A DNA stretch of 64,000 nt from Candidatus Latescibacterota bacterium (lineage in GTDB: Bacteria; Latescibacterota; UBA2968; GCA-2709665): positions 4,000,001-4,064,000 of the forward strand of contig OZ244937.1 of assembly GCA_965222075.1 (NCBI GenBank), written 5' to 3'. Each line of letters begins with the position of its first letter. Position 1 is the first letter of the stretch. The position numbers were made by a program, and so were the translations under genes. Below the pieces are notes generated by a model. The model worked only from the letters and a program-made list of their open reading frames with translations, made no database searches and was not told the DNA's origin. Shown here in pieces: positions 41,347-50,403 of the stretch.

Positions 41347-42024
41347 GTGTTGGACGATCGGGCTTTTGCAGCCGCGGCAGGCACCCTGGGGTGTCCCCTC
41401 TCGTCGGAACAGATCGACCGGTTTCGGCGCTATGAAGACCGCCTTCAGGATTGGTCCGGGCGGGTCAGGCTGGTCTCCCGAGGCGATCGAGACCGTTTGA
41501 GAGAACGTCATTTTCTCGACTGCCTGGCGGTTGTGCCCTATCTTGCCCAGGCTCCTTTCCGCCTCCTGGATCTGGGTAGTGGCGCCGGGCTTCCGGGAAT
41601 TCCTATCAAAATCGCCCGACCCGACATCCAGGTGGACCTGCTCGAAGCGACGCGGATGAAGGCGCTCTTTCTCCGGGGCATTCGAGAGGACCTCGGCATG
41701 GGCGGCCTGAAGGTGATCCGTGCCCGGGCGGAGGAAATTGCACGAAAGGCCGCCCACCGGGCGTCCTACCGGGTGGTGTCCATCCGTGGGGTCGGTCCGT
41801 TGCCCCTGCTCTGGGCCTTGGCCGCACCCTTCCTTCAACCCGGCGGAGTGCTCGTGGCATTTAAAGGTCCCGGCGCCCTAAGCGAGTTCGGAGACGCCCC
41901 CCCTGCTGGCGTTACCGCCACCGAGCAGGTCCTGCGCATCCCGACCCTCAAGCGGGCACGGGCGTTCGTTTTTGTGGGATTCGAGGGGGGGGGAAGATTA
42001 ACGGATGGAGATTCTCTGCTGTGA
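41347..42024 (+). CDS. rsmG: 16S rRNA m7G527 methyltransferase
   Basis: RHFLDCL, LDLGSGAGLPGIP, RAEE; GTG start after AGGAGG. Confidence 0.95.
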   Translation: MLDDRAFAAAAGTLGCPLSSEQIDRFRRYEDRLQDWSGRVRLVSRGDRDRLRERHFLDCLAVVPYLAQAPFRLLDLGSGAGLPGIPIKIARPDIQVDLLEATRMKALFLRGIREDLGMGGLKVIRARAEEIARKAAHRASYRVVSIRGVGPLPLLWALAAPFLQPGGVLVAFKGPGALSEFGDAPPAGVTATEQVLRIPTLKRARAFVFVGFEGGGRLTDGDSLL

Positions 42025-42076
42025 GGGTTCAAGTTCAAGCCGTTAAGTACGTACCAAAAAGTGTTCACAGTACTGC

Positions 42077-42577
42077 TCAAGTGATCCCGGCCATGGCCTT
42101 GGCCGCGTTCAGGAGGGCCTCCCACTGCTGGGGGCCCATCTGTTTGATGATCTGGATCAGGTGGGGAATGTCCCGGTCTGACATCTCAACCCCCTCTGCC
42201 AGGGCGTCCCTCCACCTGTCGTCTTTCAGCGCTTTGCGGATTTTGGGCCGCTCCAGGGCCTCCAACAGCGATGCGTCCAGGAGCCCCCTGTCGGCCACGA
42301 GCCGGCTGGTGACCGGGTCCGCGAGGAGTTTTTCCATCTGCCGAAAGAGGGCCCGAGCCTCTTTTTCCTGCGCCCGCTCCCGGTAGGCCGCGATCAGGAG
42401 GTTCCGGGAGTCCAGCTCCAGGGCCTTGGCCATCTGCACACAGCGTGCGTCGGAGGGCACGCGTTCGCCCTTTTCGATCTGTCCGATATAGGTTCCCCAC
42501 ACCCCGATCTGTTTCCCCAGGGTCTGCTGGCTGAAACGACCTTTTCTCGCCTGTTTGATAATGTCGCCGAACCCCAT
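42077..42577 (-). CDS. XRE-family HTH regulator
   Basis: FGDIIKQAR..SQQTLGKQIGV..YIGQIEKGERVPS. Confidence 0.85.
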   Translation of the reverse strand: MGFGDIIKQARKGRFSQQTLGKQIGVWGTYIGQIEKGERVPSDARCVQMAKALELDSRNLLIAAYRERAQEKEARALFRQMEKLLADPVTSRLVADRGLLDASLLEALERPKIRKALKDDRWRDALAEGVEMSDRDIPHLIQIIKQMGPQQWEALLNAAKAMAGIT

Positions 42578-42694
42578 TGCGCCTCCTGCCTCCGGTTGGT
42601 CTCTGTTTTCAGATCCTTCTTTAATATCATATCAAAACTCGATTCTGGCAAGCCAAAATCAAAGGGCACGAGCGGCCGATCATGAAGATTAGGC

Positions 42695-42784
42695 TTGACA
42701 ACACACACTTGAGAGCGTATATTTTAAACGTGCCCTCTTATTTCTCCCCACGAAGGAGGGCACACACACAAACTTGTGTGTGTG
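42695..42784 (+). promoter_or_regulatory. Promoter with CACACA..TGTGTG palindrome
   Basis: TTGACA-17-TATATT (42695-42723); CACACACACAAACTTGTGTGTGTG at 42761-42784. Confidence 0.6.
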
Positions 42785-43031
42785 ATGTTGGGCTGTAAGG
42801 CCCATAAAAATAAAGAGATATGAAGTTTGTACTAATCGTGGAAGCAAATTTCACATCTCTTCCTCGGTGGGGAGGGTAAGATCAGACTTGCTCTTTTCCC
42901 CTTTCTCCCCTGATCTTTTTAATCTACCCTCCCCACATCTCTATCCTTTTTTTCTCTCCCATTTCTCTATCTGTGCGTTGTCTGTTGACCCCCTGGTCAG
43001 GGGGGTGTCTCTCAAGGGCAGGAGATCGTCT

Positions 43032-43379
43032 ATGGCGCTTGAGGCCGAAGCGCTTGACCTCATCAGAAAAACAGTTCAGGAAGCCGTGGTAGCGGCCCAG
43101 GAGCGGTTGGCCCAGATGGTGGCCAGGCAGTTCGTCGAGCTCAGGGTGGATCTTCAGGACATCCAGGAATCCCTGCGCAAGTCCGGCAACCGACAGGCCC
43201 AGATGGAGGCCGACGTGGCCGATGTGGGGCGGACCTGCGAGGTCTTAAAGCGCCGGCTGCAGGACCTCCACACCGAGTTGACCGACGGGGGGGCGTCCGC
43301 CCGGGAGTTTACACACCGGATGGATCACCTGGAACGCGACGTGGCAGATGTTCGGCGGCGTCTCTCTTCCGCGGTCTAA
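43032..43379 (+). CDS. Coiled-coil hypothetical protein
   Basis: AGGAG RBS; heptad-rich helical sequence. Confidence 0.7.
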   Translation: MALEAEALDLIRKTVQEAVVAAQERLAQMVARQFVELRVDLQDIQESLRKSGNRQAQMEADVADVGRTCEVLKRRLQDLHTELTDGGASAREFTHRMDHLERDVADVRRRLSSAV

Positions 43380-43399
43380 CGGTCTCTTGGCAGGGAACA

Positions 43400-43437
43400 A
43401 GCAAGGGGCGGTCTGGAATGCCAGGCCGCCCCTTGCT
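43400..43437. terminator. Hairpin between convergent genes
   Basis: AGCAAGGGGCGGTCTGG-AATG-CCAGGCCGCCCCTTGCT. Confidence 0.7.
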
Positions 43438-43452
43438 GTGTGTGCCCGGGGT

Positions 43453-44307
43453 TTAGACCACCGGATTTTCGAGGCGGCCGATAGAGTCGATTTCGCAGAC
43501 TACGTTGTCTCCCGATTTGAGCCAGAGTTGGGGGGTACGGCCCATACCCACGCCCGATGGCGTGCCGGTAAAGATGAGGTCACCGGGGGTCAGGGTAAAG
43601 ACGTGGGAGAGGTAGGCGACGAGTTGCTGGATCTTGAAGATGAGCTGATCGGTGCAGGATGCCTGCACGGTCTCTCCATTTAGGATACAGCGGATGCCCA
43701 GGGCATGGGGGTCGGGCACCTCGTCAGAGGTGACCAGGTCGGGGCCAATCGGCGCAAAGGTGTCGAACGTCTTACCCAAAAGCCACTGCCCCGCAGGCTT
43801 TTCGAGCTGGTAGTCCCGGGCGCTGACGTCGTGACCCACAGTGTAGCCTGCCACGTGATCCAGGGCGTCCGATTCGGAGATATTTCTGCCTGCCCTGCCA
43901 ATTACGGCAACCAGTTCCACCTCGTAATCGACCTTCTGGCTGGTGGTGGGCAACCGGATGGCCTCGCCGGGACCGGCGATCACAGTCGCGTATTTGGCGA
44001 AGACCACCGGTTCGGAGGGGATGGGCATGTTGCTTTCAGCGGCGTGGTCCGCATAGTTGAGGCCGATGCAGATGATCTTTTGGGGGTTGGAGATCGGGGC
44101 AAGGACGTTGACCTCGGCGGCGCTGAGGGCAGGCTCCCCCACCTCCAGCGCCTTCTGCGCCCTGTCGAGGGCAGACCGGCCTGCGCCGAGGAAACCCAGC
44201 ATGTCGGCGGGGATCGAGGGATCGGCGCGGCTGATGTCAACAACCCTATCCCCGGACCGGGCACCGATGCGGCGCTGGCCGTCGTGTTCGAATGTGAGGA
44301 GTCGCAT
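43453..44307 (-). CDS. Fumarylacetoacetate hydrolase family protein
   Basis: KIICIGLNYADH, DYEVEL, DVSARD, GKTFDTF, GDLIFTGTP. Confidence 0.95.
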   Translation of the reverse strand: MRLLTFEHDGQRRIGARSGDRVVDISRADPSIPADMLGFLGAGRSALDRAQKALEVGEPALSAAEVNVLAPISNPQKIICIGLNYADHAAESNMPIPSEPVVFAKYATVIAGPGEAIRLPTTSQKVDYEVELVAVIGRAGRNISESDALDHVAGYTVGHDVSARDYQLEKPAGQWLLGKTFDTFAPIGPDLVTSDEVPDPHALGIRCILNGETVQASCTDQLIFKIQQLVAYLSHVFTLTPGDLIFTGTPSGVGMGRTPQLWLKSGDNVVCEIDSIGRLENPVV

Positions 44308-44648
44308 GGCAGGTTTTCCTTTCCCGGTAGATCAGAGCTGTTGGGCGCGACCGCTTCAGTTTGGGGGGTCAGTCTCTACGGCTGTCGGACAAGAAGCGGG
44401 TTTACAGAAGGCTGCGGAGCGCTTCGGTCTGTTTGGATTTGTTGAGATCAAGAGAGAGGGAAAGTTACGGTTCGGGGGAGCCGGTGTCAAGCGATTTCGG
44501 GTCAACGCGGGTGAAGCGGGGGACAGGGCGCGCCATCGCGGTGCGAAATCCTTGCGTCGGGAAGATAAATATTGTACCTTTCCCGTCTGTTTCCTCAAGA
44601 CGGTGGATGCCGTGTTGCGATGTGATCCTGTAGATGTGGAGATGCCCC

Positions 44649-46043
44649 ATGTCCGAGTTTAAACCGCAGGCCCCCCAGGATGGGGGGAAGATCACCATGG
44701 CGGACGGCGTGCTGAACGTTCCCGACCGTCCGATCATTCCCTTTATCGAAGGTGACGGCACCGGTCCCGATATCTGGCGGGCGGCCTCGGCCGTGCTGGA
44801 TGCCGCGGTGGAGAAGGCCTACGGCGGGAGACGAAAAATCGTCTGGATGGAGGTGCTGGCGGGTGAGAAGGCCTTCAACCGGCTTGGAGCCTGGCTACCG
44901 GACGAAACCGTTGAGGCCTTCAAGGCGTATTTGGTGGGCATCAAAGGGCCGCTGACTACGCCTGTGGGGGGCGGCATCCGGAGTCTGAATGTGGCCCTGC
45001 GGCAGACGCTGGATCTCTACGTGTGCCTGCGGCCGGTGCGCTGGTTCAACGGGGTGCCCAGTCCTGTCAAACATCCAGAAGACGTGGACATGGCGATCTT
45101 CCGGGAGAACACCGAGGATATTTACGCCGGGATCGAGTGGGCGGCCAGTACAGAGGAGGTGAAAAAGGTCATCAACTGGCTGCAGACCGCTATGGGGGTC
45201 AACAAGATCCGGTTTCCGGAGACCTCAGCCATCGGAATCAAACCGATCTCTGAGGAGGGGAGCAAACGTCTGATCAGGGCTGCTATTAGCTACGCCCTTG
45301 ACAACAACCGGAAGAGCGTCACCTTGGTACACAAGGGCAATATCATGAAGTTCACCGAAGGGGCTTTTGCAGCCTGGGGCTACGAGTTGGCAGCCACTGA
45401 GTTCCGCAAGCAGACCGTAAGCCTGAGCGAGAGCTGGATCCTGGGCAACAGGGAGCGCGATGCGTCAATCTCGGTGGAGGAAAACGCACGCGCTGTGGCG
45501 CCTGGCTACGATATGATGCCCCCCCAGCGGCAGGAAAAGGTCCGCGCCGACGTTGAGGCAGCCCTGGCGCTGTGGGAGACCCACGGCAATGGGAAGTGGA
45601 AGGACAAGCTCTTGATTAAGGATACGATCGCAGACATTACGCTCCAGCAGGTGCTGACACGCGCGAAGGAGTTCGACGTGGTGGCGACGATGAACCTCAA
45701 CGGCGATTACCTCTCGGATGCGCTGGCCGCACAGGCCGGCGGCATCGGCATCGCGCCGGGGGGAAATATCAATTACGACACCGGACACGCAATCTTTGAG
45801 GCGACCCACGGCACGGCGCCCAAATATGCCGGTCAGGACAAGGTGAACCCGGGGTCGGTGGTCCTTTCCGGCGAGATGATGCTGCGGCATATGGGTTGGA
45901 CCGAGGCGTGCGATTTGATTGTCGCAGGGCTGGAGAAGACGATTGCGTCCAGGGTGGTCACGTACGATTTTGCGCGGTTGATGGACGGGGCCACGGAAGT
46001 GAAGTGCTCCGAGTTCGGGCAGGCGGTGATTGAGAATATGTAG
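44649..46043 (+). CDS. icd: NADP-dependent isocitrate dehydrogenase
   Basis: [49 protein letters not shown]. Confidence 0.97.
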   Translation: MSEFKPQAPQDGGKITMADGVLNVPDRPIIPFIEGDGTGPDIWRAASAVLDAAVEKAYGGRRKIVWMEVLAGEKAFNRLGAWLPDETVEAFKAYLVGIKGPLTTPVGGGIRSLNVALRQTLDLYVCLRPVRWFNGVPSPVKHPEDVDMAIFRENTEDIYAGIEWAASTEEVKKVINWLQTAMGVNKIRFPETSAIGIKPISEEGSKRLIRAAISYALDNNRKSVTLVHKGNIMKFTEGAFAAWGYELAATEFRKQTVSLSESWILGNRERDASISVEENARAVAPGYDMMPPQRQEKVRADVEAALALWETHGNGKWKDKLLIKDTIADITLQQVLTRAKEFDVVATMNLNGDYLSDALAAQAGGIGIAPGGNINYDTGHAIFEATHGTAPKYAGQDKVNPGSVVLSGEMMLRHMGWTEACDLIVAGLEKTIASRVVTYDFARLMDGATEVKCSEFGQAVIENM

Positions 46044-46061
46044 GGCCAGCCGGAGAGCGAT

Positions 46062-46100
46062 GTTATTCACATCATTTTCCACAATGTGAATAACTTTTGT
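46062..46100 (+). terminator. icd terminator hairpin whose arms are DnaA boxes
   Basis: GTTATTCACAT...ATGTGAATAAC followed by a T-run. Confidence 0.55.
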
Positions 46101-46110
46101 TTTGATTCTG

Positions 46111-46461
46111 TAGAATTTCCGGTTAAAATTTTGCTGGGGTCAAAAAGCTGTTAAAATATCCGTAAGGTATTTCTAAACAAAATGTTAAGCATAAAAACTT
46201 GCTTCGACACGACCGATATCTACCTTGGATAACCCTGCCAAACGGCGCTCTCGGAACCCATCGCCTTCGGGATGACGCCCAGATTGCTCGAACTTTGATT
46301 GCGCCGAAAGGCCCAAATCGTCCAAAAGGCCGTTGAAAGGCCTCGTTTGTAATTTTTCGCTCGGAATCCTTAAGCAGGATGGTATGGCAAGAAAGGCTTT
46401 AGTTAACCTTTGTTTCTAATTGTCTTATTAAAGCAAGCAATTTTCTAACCGGAAATTACTG
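46111..46461. mobile_element. Non-autonomous IS4-type MITE (~350 bp)
   Basis: Ends (TAG)AATTTCCGGTTA / GCAATTTTCTAACCGGAAATTACTG match the IS4 TIRs; GATTCTG on both flanks; no ORF. Confidence 0.8.
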
Positions 46462-46905
46462 GATTCTGTAGAAAAAATAGGGTTATAACCGGACGAACTT
46501 TTTTCTTTGAATTCAGCCCGCCCCCTGAGTTTGAGAAAAAGCCACTGAATTCAAACAGGTCTTGTATTTTAACGACTTATTGTTTTCAAGCCCTTAAGCA
46601 CTTATCCAAAAAGTGTTCACGGTATTGTGGAAAAGAATCCATCTGTTTTTCTTGAAGAGCGCATGACGCCTGTGAGTTATTCCCATTTATCTTGAAATAT
46701 GTGGAAACCGGTGTGGAAAATTGGAGATCGGGCGGTGGCGAACCAGCGCTGAGCGGGAAGGGCATAGAACCCGAAATTCCGGTATTTCGGGGGGGGGCGG
46801 GGGAGAAGAATTCGCTTGCTACCCCCTCTGAATTGTTCTATATTTAAGTAAATTTCGAGCTATTTGGCACACGAGAATCACCATTTAGCCCAGGGATAAG
46901 GGCGC

Positions 46906-47490
46906 GTGCTTGAAAAGGTCAAAGACGATGTCGCCGAACTGATTCAGCCCTCGACGCAATATCTGGTGAAGAAGCGGTTTGGACCCGATGCCTTAACAAT
47001 GATCGGGTTTGCGTTAAATTTAGTGGCCGCTACTCTCTTCGGGGTTGATTATTTCCGGTGGGCCGGGCTGATGGTCCTGTTGGCCGGTGTTTTCGACTTC
47101 TTGGATGGGCAGGTGGCACGCGCTGGCAGAACCGCCACCACTTTCGGGGCCATACTGGATTCTACGGTTGATCGGTATTCGGAGATCTTCGTCTGGTTCG
47201 GCATTGTGGTCAGTTTTATCCGGGCGGGGTCTTTCTGGACCAGTTCCGCACTCTTTTTTGCGTTGGCCGGATCTTTGATGGTCAGCTATGTGCGTGCCCG
47301 GGCAGAGGGGTTGGGTGAGGAATGCAAGGTGGGGTTTATGCAGCGGCCCGAGCGGGTGGTCGCGATTGGCGTTGGGGCGCTGGTGGGCGAAATCGGACTG
47401 ATGGTGGCGATCTGGGCGATTGCGATTCTGTCGAACTATACGGCTCTGCAGCGGGTGTTGCATATCCGAAAACGTTCAAAACCCTTGTGA
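46906..47490 (+). CDS. CDP-alcohol phosphatidyltransferase
   Basis: DFLDGQVAR..FGAILDSTVDRYSE, MVSYVRARAEGLG, RPER. Confidence 0.93.
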   Translation: MLEKVKDDVAELIQPSTQYLVKKRFGPDALTMIGFALNLVAATLFGVDYFRWAGLMVLLAGVFDFLDGQVARAGRTATTFGAILDSTVDRYSEIFVWFGIVVSFIRAGSFWTSSALFFALAGSLMVSYVRARAEGLGEECKVGFMQRPERVVAIGVGALVGEIGLMVAIWAIAILSNYTALQRVLHIRKRSKPL

Positions 47491-47635
47491 AGTTGGAGGG
47501 ATGGAAAAATCGGTGTGTGTTGGGAGATGTGGCCCGGGTATTCGCCGGGTTCTTTTTTTGTCAGGGAGGGCCACGGAGCAGCCCTCGCTCCACCTTGGGG
47601 TGGGATTTTGTGATTTGCATAAAGGTTGAGGTCGG

Positions 47636-48265
47636 GTGGCCGGATTTTTTGTGACGTTTGAGGGGATCGACAAGAGTGGGAAGACGACCCAGGCGGAATT
47701 GTTGGCCGGGAAGCTCCGGGAAAAGGGTCGGGATGTGGTTTTCACTCAGGAACCGGGGGGGACGGGGCTGGGTCGGGAAATCCGACATCTGGTGCTGGGT
47801 TGGAGGCCCCAGGCGGCGGTGGTTCCTCTTGCCGAGATGCTCCTGTTTGCGGCAGATCGGGCGCAGCACGTGGCGGAGGTGATCCGGCCTGCGCTGGAGG
47901 CGGGGAAGATCGTGATCTCCAACCGCTTTGTCGATTCCACAATCGCCTACCAGGGCTACGGCAGGGGGATGGACCTGGTGCAGTTGCGGGCCATCCAGGA
48001 GGTGGCTTCGGACGGGTTGTGGCCCAACCTGACCGTGCTGGTTGACATAGATGTTGCCACGTCGCGGGAGCGGGGGGGGGCTTCAGATCGGCTGGAAGCG
48101 GAGAACGATCTCTTTTTTGAGCGGATTCGTGAAGGGTATCTGGCGCTCGGGCGGACCGAGCCGAACCGGATCTTCCGCGTTGAGGGCCGCCTTTCCGTAG
48201 AGGTGGTATCCCAACATATTTATGCAGAAGTGAGCAACCGCCTGGGGATGGACAACGGGCTGTAG
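47636..48265 (+). CDS. tmk: Thymidylate kinase
   Basis: FEGIDKSGKTTQ, EPGGT, LFAADRAQH, STIAYQG. Confidence 0.96.
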   Translation: MAGFFVTFEGIDKSGKTTQAELLAGKLREKGRDVVFTQEPGGTGLGREIRHLVLGWRPQAAVVPLAEMLLFAADRAQHVAEVIRPALEAGKIVISNRFVDSTIAYQGYGRGMDLVQLRAIQEVASDGLWPNLTVLVDIDVATSRERGGASDRLEAENDLFFERIREGYLALGRTEPNRIFRVEGRLSVEVVSQHIYAEVSNRLGMDNGL

Positions 48266-48377
48266 AGGGAACGCCTGGGAAAGCGAAATTGTCAGGGAGC
48301 AGGAGATACTTTCGGATTTCGGATTGAAGTGCCTCTACTCCGCAATCCACAATCCGCAATTCGGTTGGAGGTGCTGG

Positions 48378-50291
48378 ATGTTTGGACCATACCACAGAAG
48401 GCTCTGGATCGGCCTGATGCTGATTGGGTTGCTGGCTTATGTAACCTTAGATTCAAGGCTGGTTAAGGGCGAAGATGCGTATGCCGCCGTGGAACGAAGT
48501 ATGGACGAGTACGCAGAGACCCTCAAGCTGCTCACACAGAGCTATTTCAAGCCTCTGGAGACGGAGGAGCTCACCACTTCTGCCATTGAGGGGATGCTCG
48601 GCGACCTGGATCCTTATACCCAGTATCTTGGCCCGAAGGCGCTTGAACAGCTCCGGATCGAGACGCAGGGGAAGTTCGGAGGGTTGGGCATTACCATCAG
48701 TTTGAGAAATAAAGTGCCGGTGGTCATGAGTGTGATCGAAGGCACACCTGCGGATACGGCAGGCCTTGTTGTGGGCGACCGTATTGTGAAGATTGAAGGG
48801 CAACCCACGGCCGGAAAAACGCTCCAGGAGGTGGTGGATGTGCTGCGGGGCACACCGGGGATGGGGGTGAGAATTACCCTTGATCGGGCGGGTCGGCCTG
48901 TGCCCTTTGACCAGCTGATCATCCGGGCGCGGATCCGGATTGAGAGTGTAAGGGTGGCTGAGGAGATCGAGCCGGGGATCGGATACATTTCGATGTCGGG
49001 GGTTCTGGGCAGTCGGTTCTCGGAGACGACGCCCCGGGAGTTGGACCAGGCACTCAGGAAGCTGAAGGCGCAGAACATCCGGGGAATGATCCTGGATCTG
49101 CGGGAAAACCCCGGCGGATTGTTGAACCAGGCCGTTGCGGTTGCAGATAAGTTCTTGGGCAAAGGCCAGCTGGTAGTGACCACCAGGGGACGCATGGCCT
49201 CCCAAAACGAGGAGTATCGAACCGAAGAGCCGTCGCTGATTCAAGACACCCCCCTGGTGGTGTTGGTCAACCGCTACAGCGCCAGCGCCTCGGAGATTGT
49301 CGCCGGGGCCATTCAGGATTCGGACCGGGGACTGATTCTGGGCACCCCGACGTTTGGAAAGGGATCGGTGCAGACGGTCAAGTATATCGGAAGGAATAAG
49401 GGCATCAAGCTGACCACGGCCGCCTACTATACACCCAGCGGCCGAAGCATTCACAAGTCCGCGAACGCGAAGCAAGCGCGCGGGCGGTGGCGAGGGATAA
49501 CGTTGACACTTGAGGATACACGTCGGATTTCGGCTTATCAGGTTTTGAGACTCATTGGCGAGGCCGACCGGCGGGAGGATGCACTGGCGGAGCTCAGGGA
49601 AAGGTTCGATTTGAACGAGGAACAGGCAGCACAGGTTATGGATATCCGTTTGGACCAACTTGTGGGCCTGGGGCTGCGTGAGCATGTCGGCGGGCCTGAA
49701 GGGGACGACCCGGAGAAGGCGTTCAAAACCGCGGGGGGCCGCACGGTTTATGGCGGTGGGGGCATTACCCCCGATGTGAAGGTCGAGCCGACACAGCGGC
49801 CGGGGTTGTTGATTGCGCTGGCCAGGGCAGGGCTCTTTTTCGATTTTGCCGTCGATTACGCTGCGACCCATTCTTTTCCGGAAGGGCCGGAGGATTTCAC
49901 GGTGGATGAGGAGGTTGTGAAGGCCTTCCGGGCGTTTTTAGCCGATACCTCAAAGACGGGGGACTTCCACCATCAGACCCTGGGTGAGATTCGGTTGCAG
50001 GAGTTGGAGGAGGCGCTTGAGGAGTCAGACCTCTTCGACGGGGAAGCACGGGGGGCGATGGAACGGTTGCGCGGGGTGGTGGTGGGCGAGCGGGAGGCGG
50101 AATTTGAAAAGGCAAAACCTTATATCCGGCTTGAGATTGAACGTCAGTTGGCCAACCGGGTGTGGGGAGACAGGGCCAAACTTCTGGCCTCTTTAAAGGG
50201 GGACAAGCAGTTTCAGGAGGCGGTGCGGATTTTAAAAGATCCGGAACTCTACAAGAAGAAGATGAACCTGACGCTCGTTTCGATGGAGTAG
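48378..50291 (+). CDS. S41 C-terminal processing peptidase (CtpA-type) with a GyrA-like insert
   Basis: LDPYT, GKFGGLG (PDZ), LDLRENPGG, SASASEIVAG, TFGKGSVQ, YYTPSGR, GGITPDV. Confidence 0.93.
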   Translation: MFGPYHRRLWIGLMLIGLLAYVTLDSRLVKGEDAYAAVERSMDEYAETLKLLTQSYFKPLETEELTTSAIEGMLGDLDPYTQYLGPKALEQLRIETQGKFGGLGITISLRNKVPVVMSVIEGTPADTAGLVVGDRIVKIEGQPTAGKTLQEVVDVLRGTPGMGVRITLDRAGRPVPFDQLIIRARIRIESVRVAEEIEPGIGYISMSGVLGSRFSETTPRELDQALRKLKAQNIRGMILDLRENPGGLLNQAVAVADKFLGKGQLVVTTRGRMASQNEEYRTEEPSLIQDTPLVVLVNRYSASASEIVAGAIQDSDRGLILGTPTFGKGSVQTVKYIGRNKGIKLTTAAYYTPSGRSIHKSANAKQARGRWRGITLTLEDTRRISAYQVLRLIGEADRREDALAELRERFDLNEEQAAQVMDIRLDQLVGLGLREHVGGPEGDDPEKAFKTAGGRTVYGGGGITPDVKVEPTQRPGLLIALARAGLFFDFAVDYAATHSFPEGPEDFTVDEEVVKAFRAFLADTSKTGDFHHQTLGEIRLQELEEALEESDLFDGEARGAMERLRGVVVGEREAEFEKAKPYIRLEIERQLANRVWGDRAKLLASLKGDKQFQEAVRILKDPELYKKKMNLTLVSME

Positions 50292-50403
50292 AGGTGTGAA
50301 ACGTGAAAGATGCTCACGCCGGACCGGGTGTCTTCCGGATGCGATGCAATCGCAAACAGCGTTTCCTCGTGACCGGCCATGGGCGATCTTCTTTCCATCG
50401 ATC

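Noticed and set aside
45415-45610. Insertion in isocitrate dehydrogenase as an intein or novelty
   Set aside because: No intein termini; it lies in a length-variable region of bacterial NADP-IDHs
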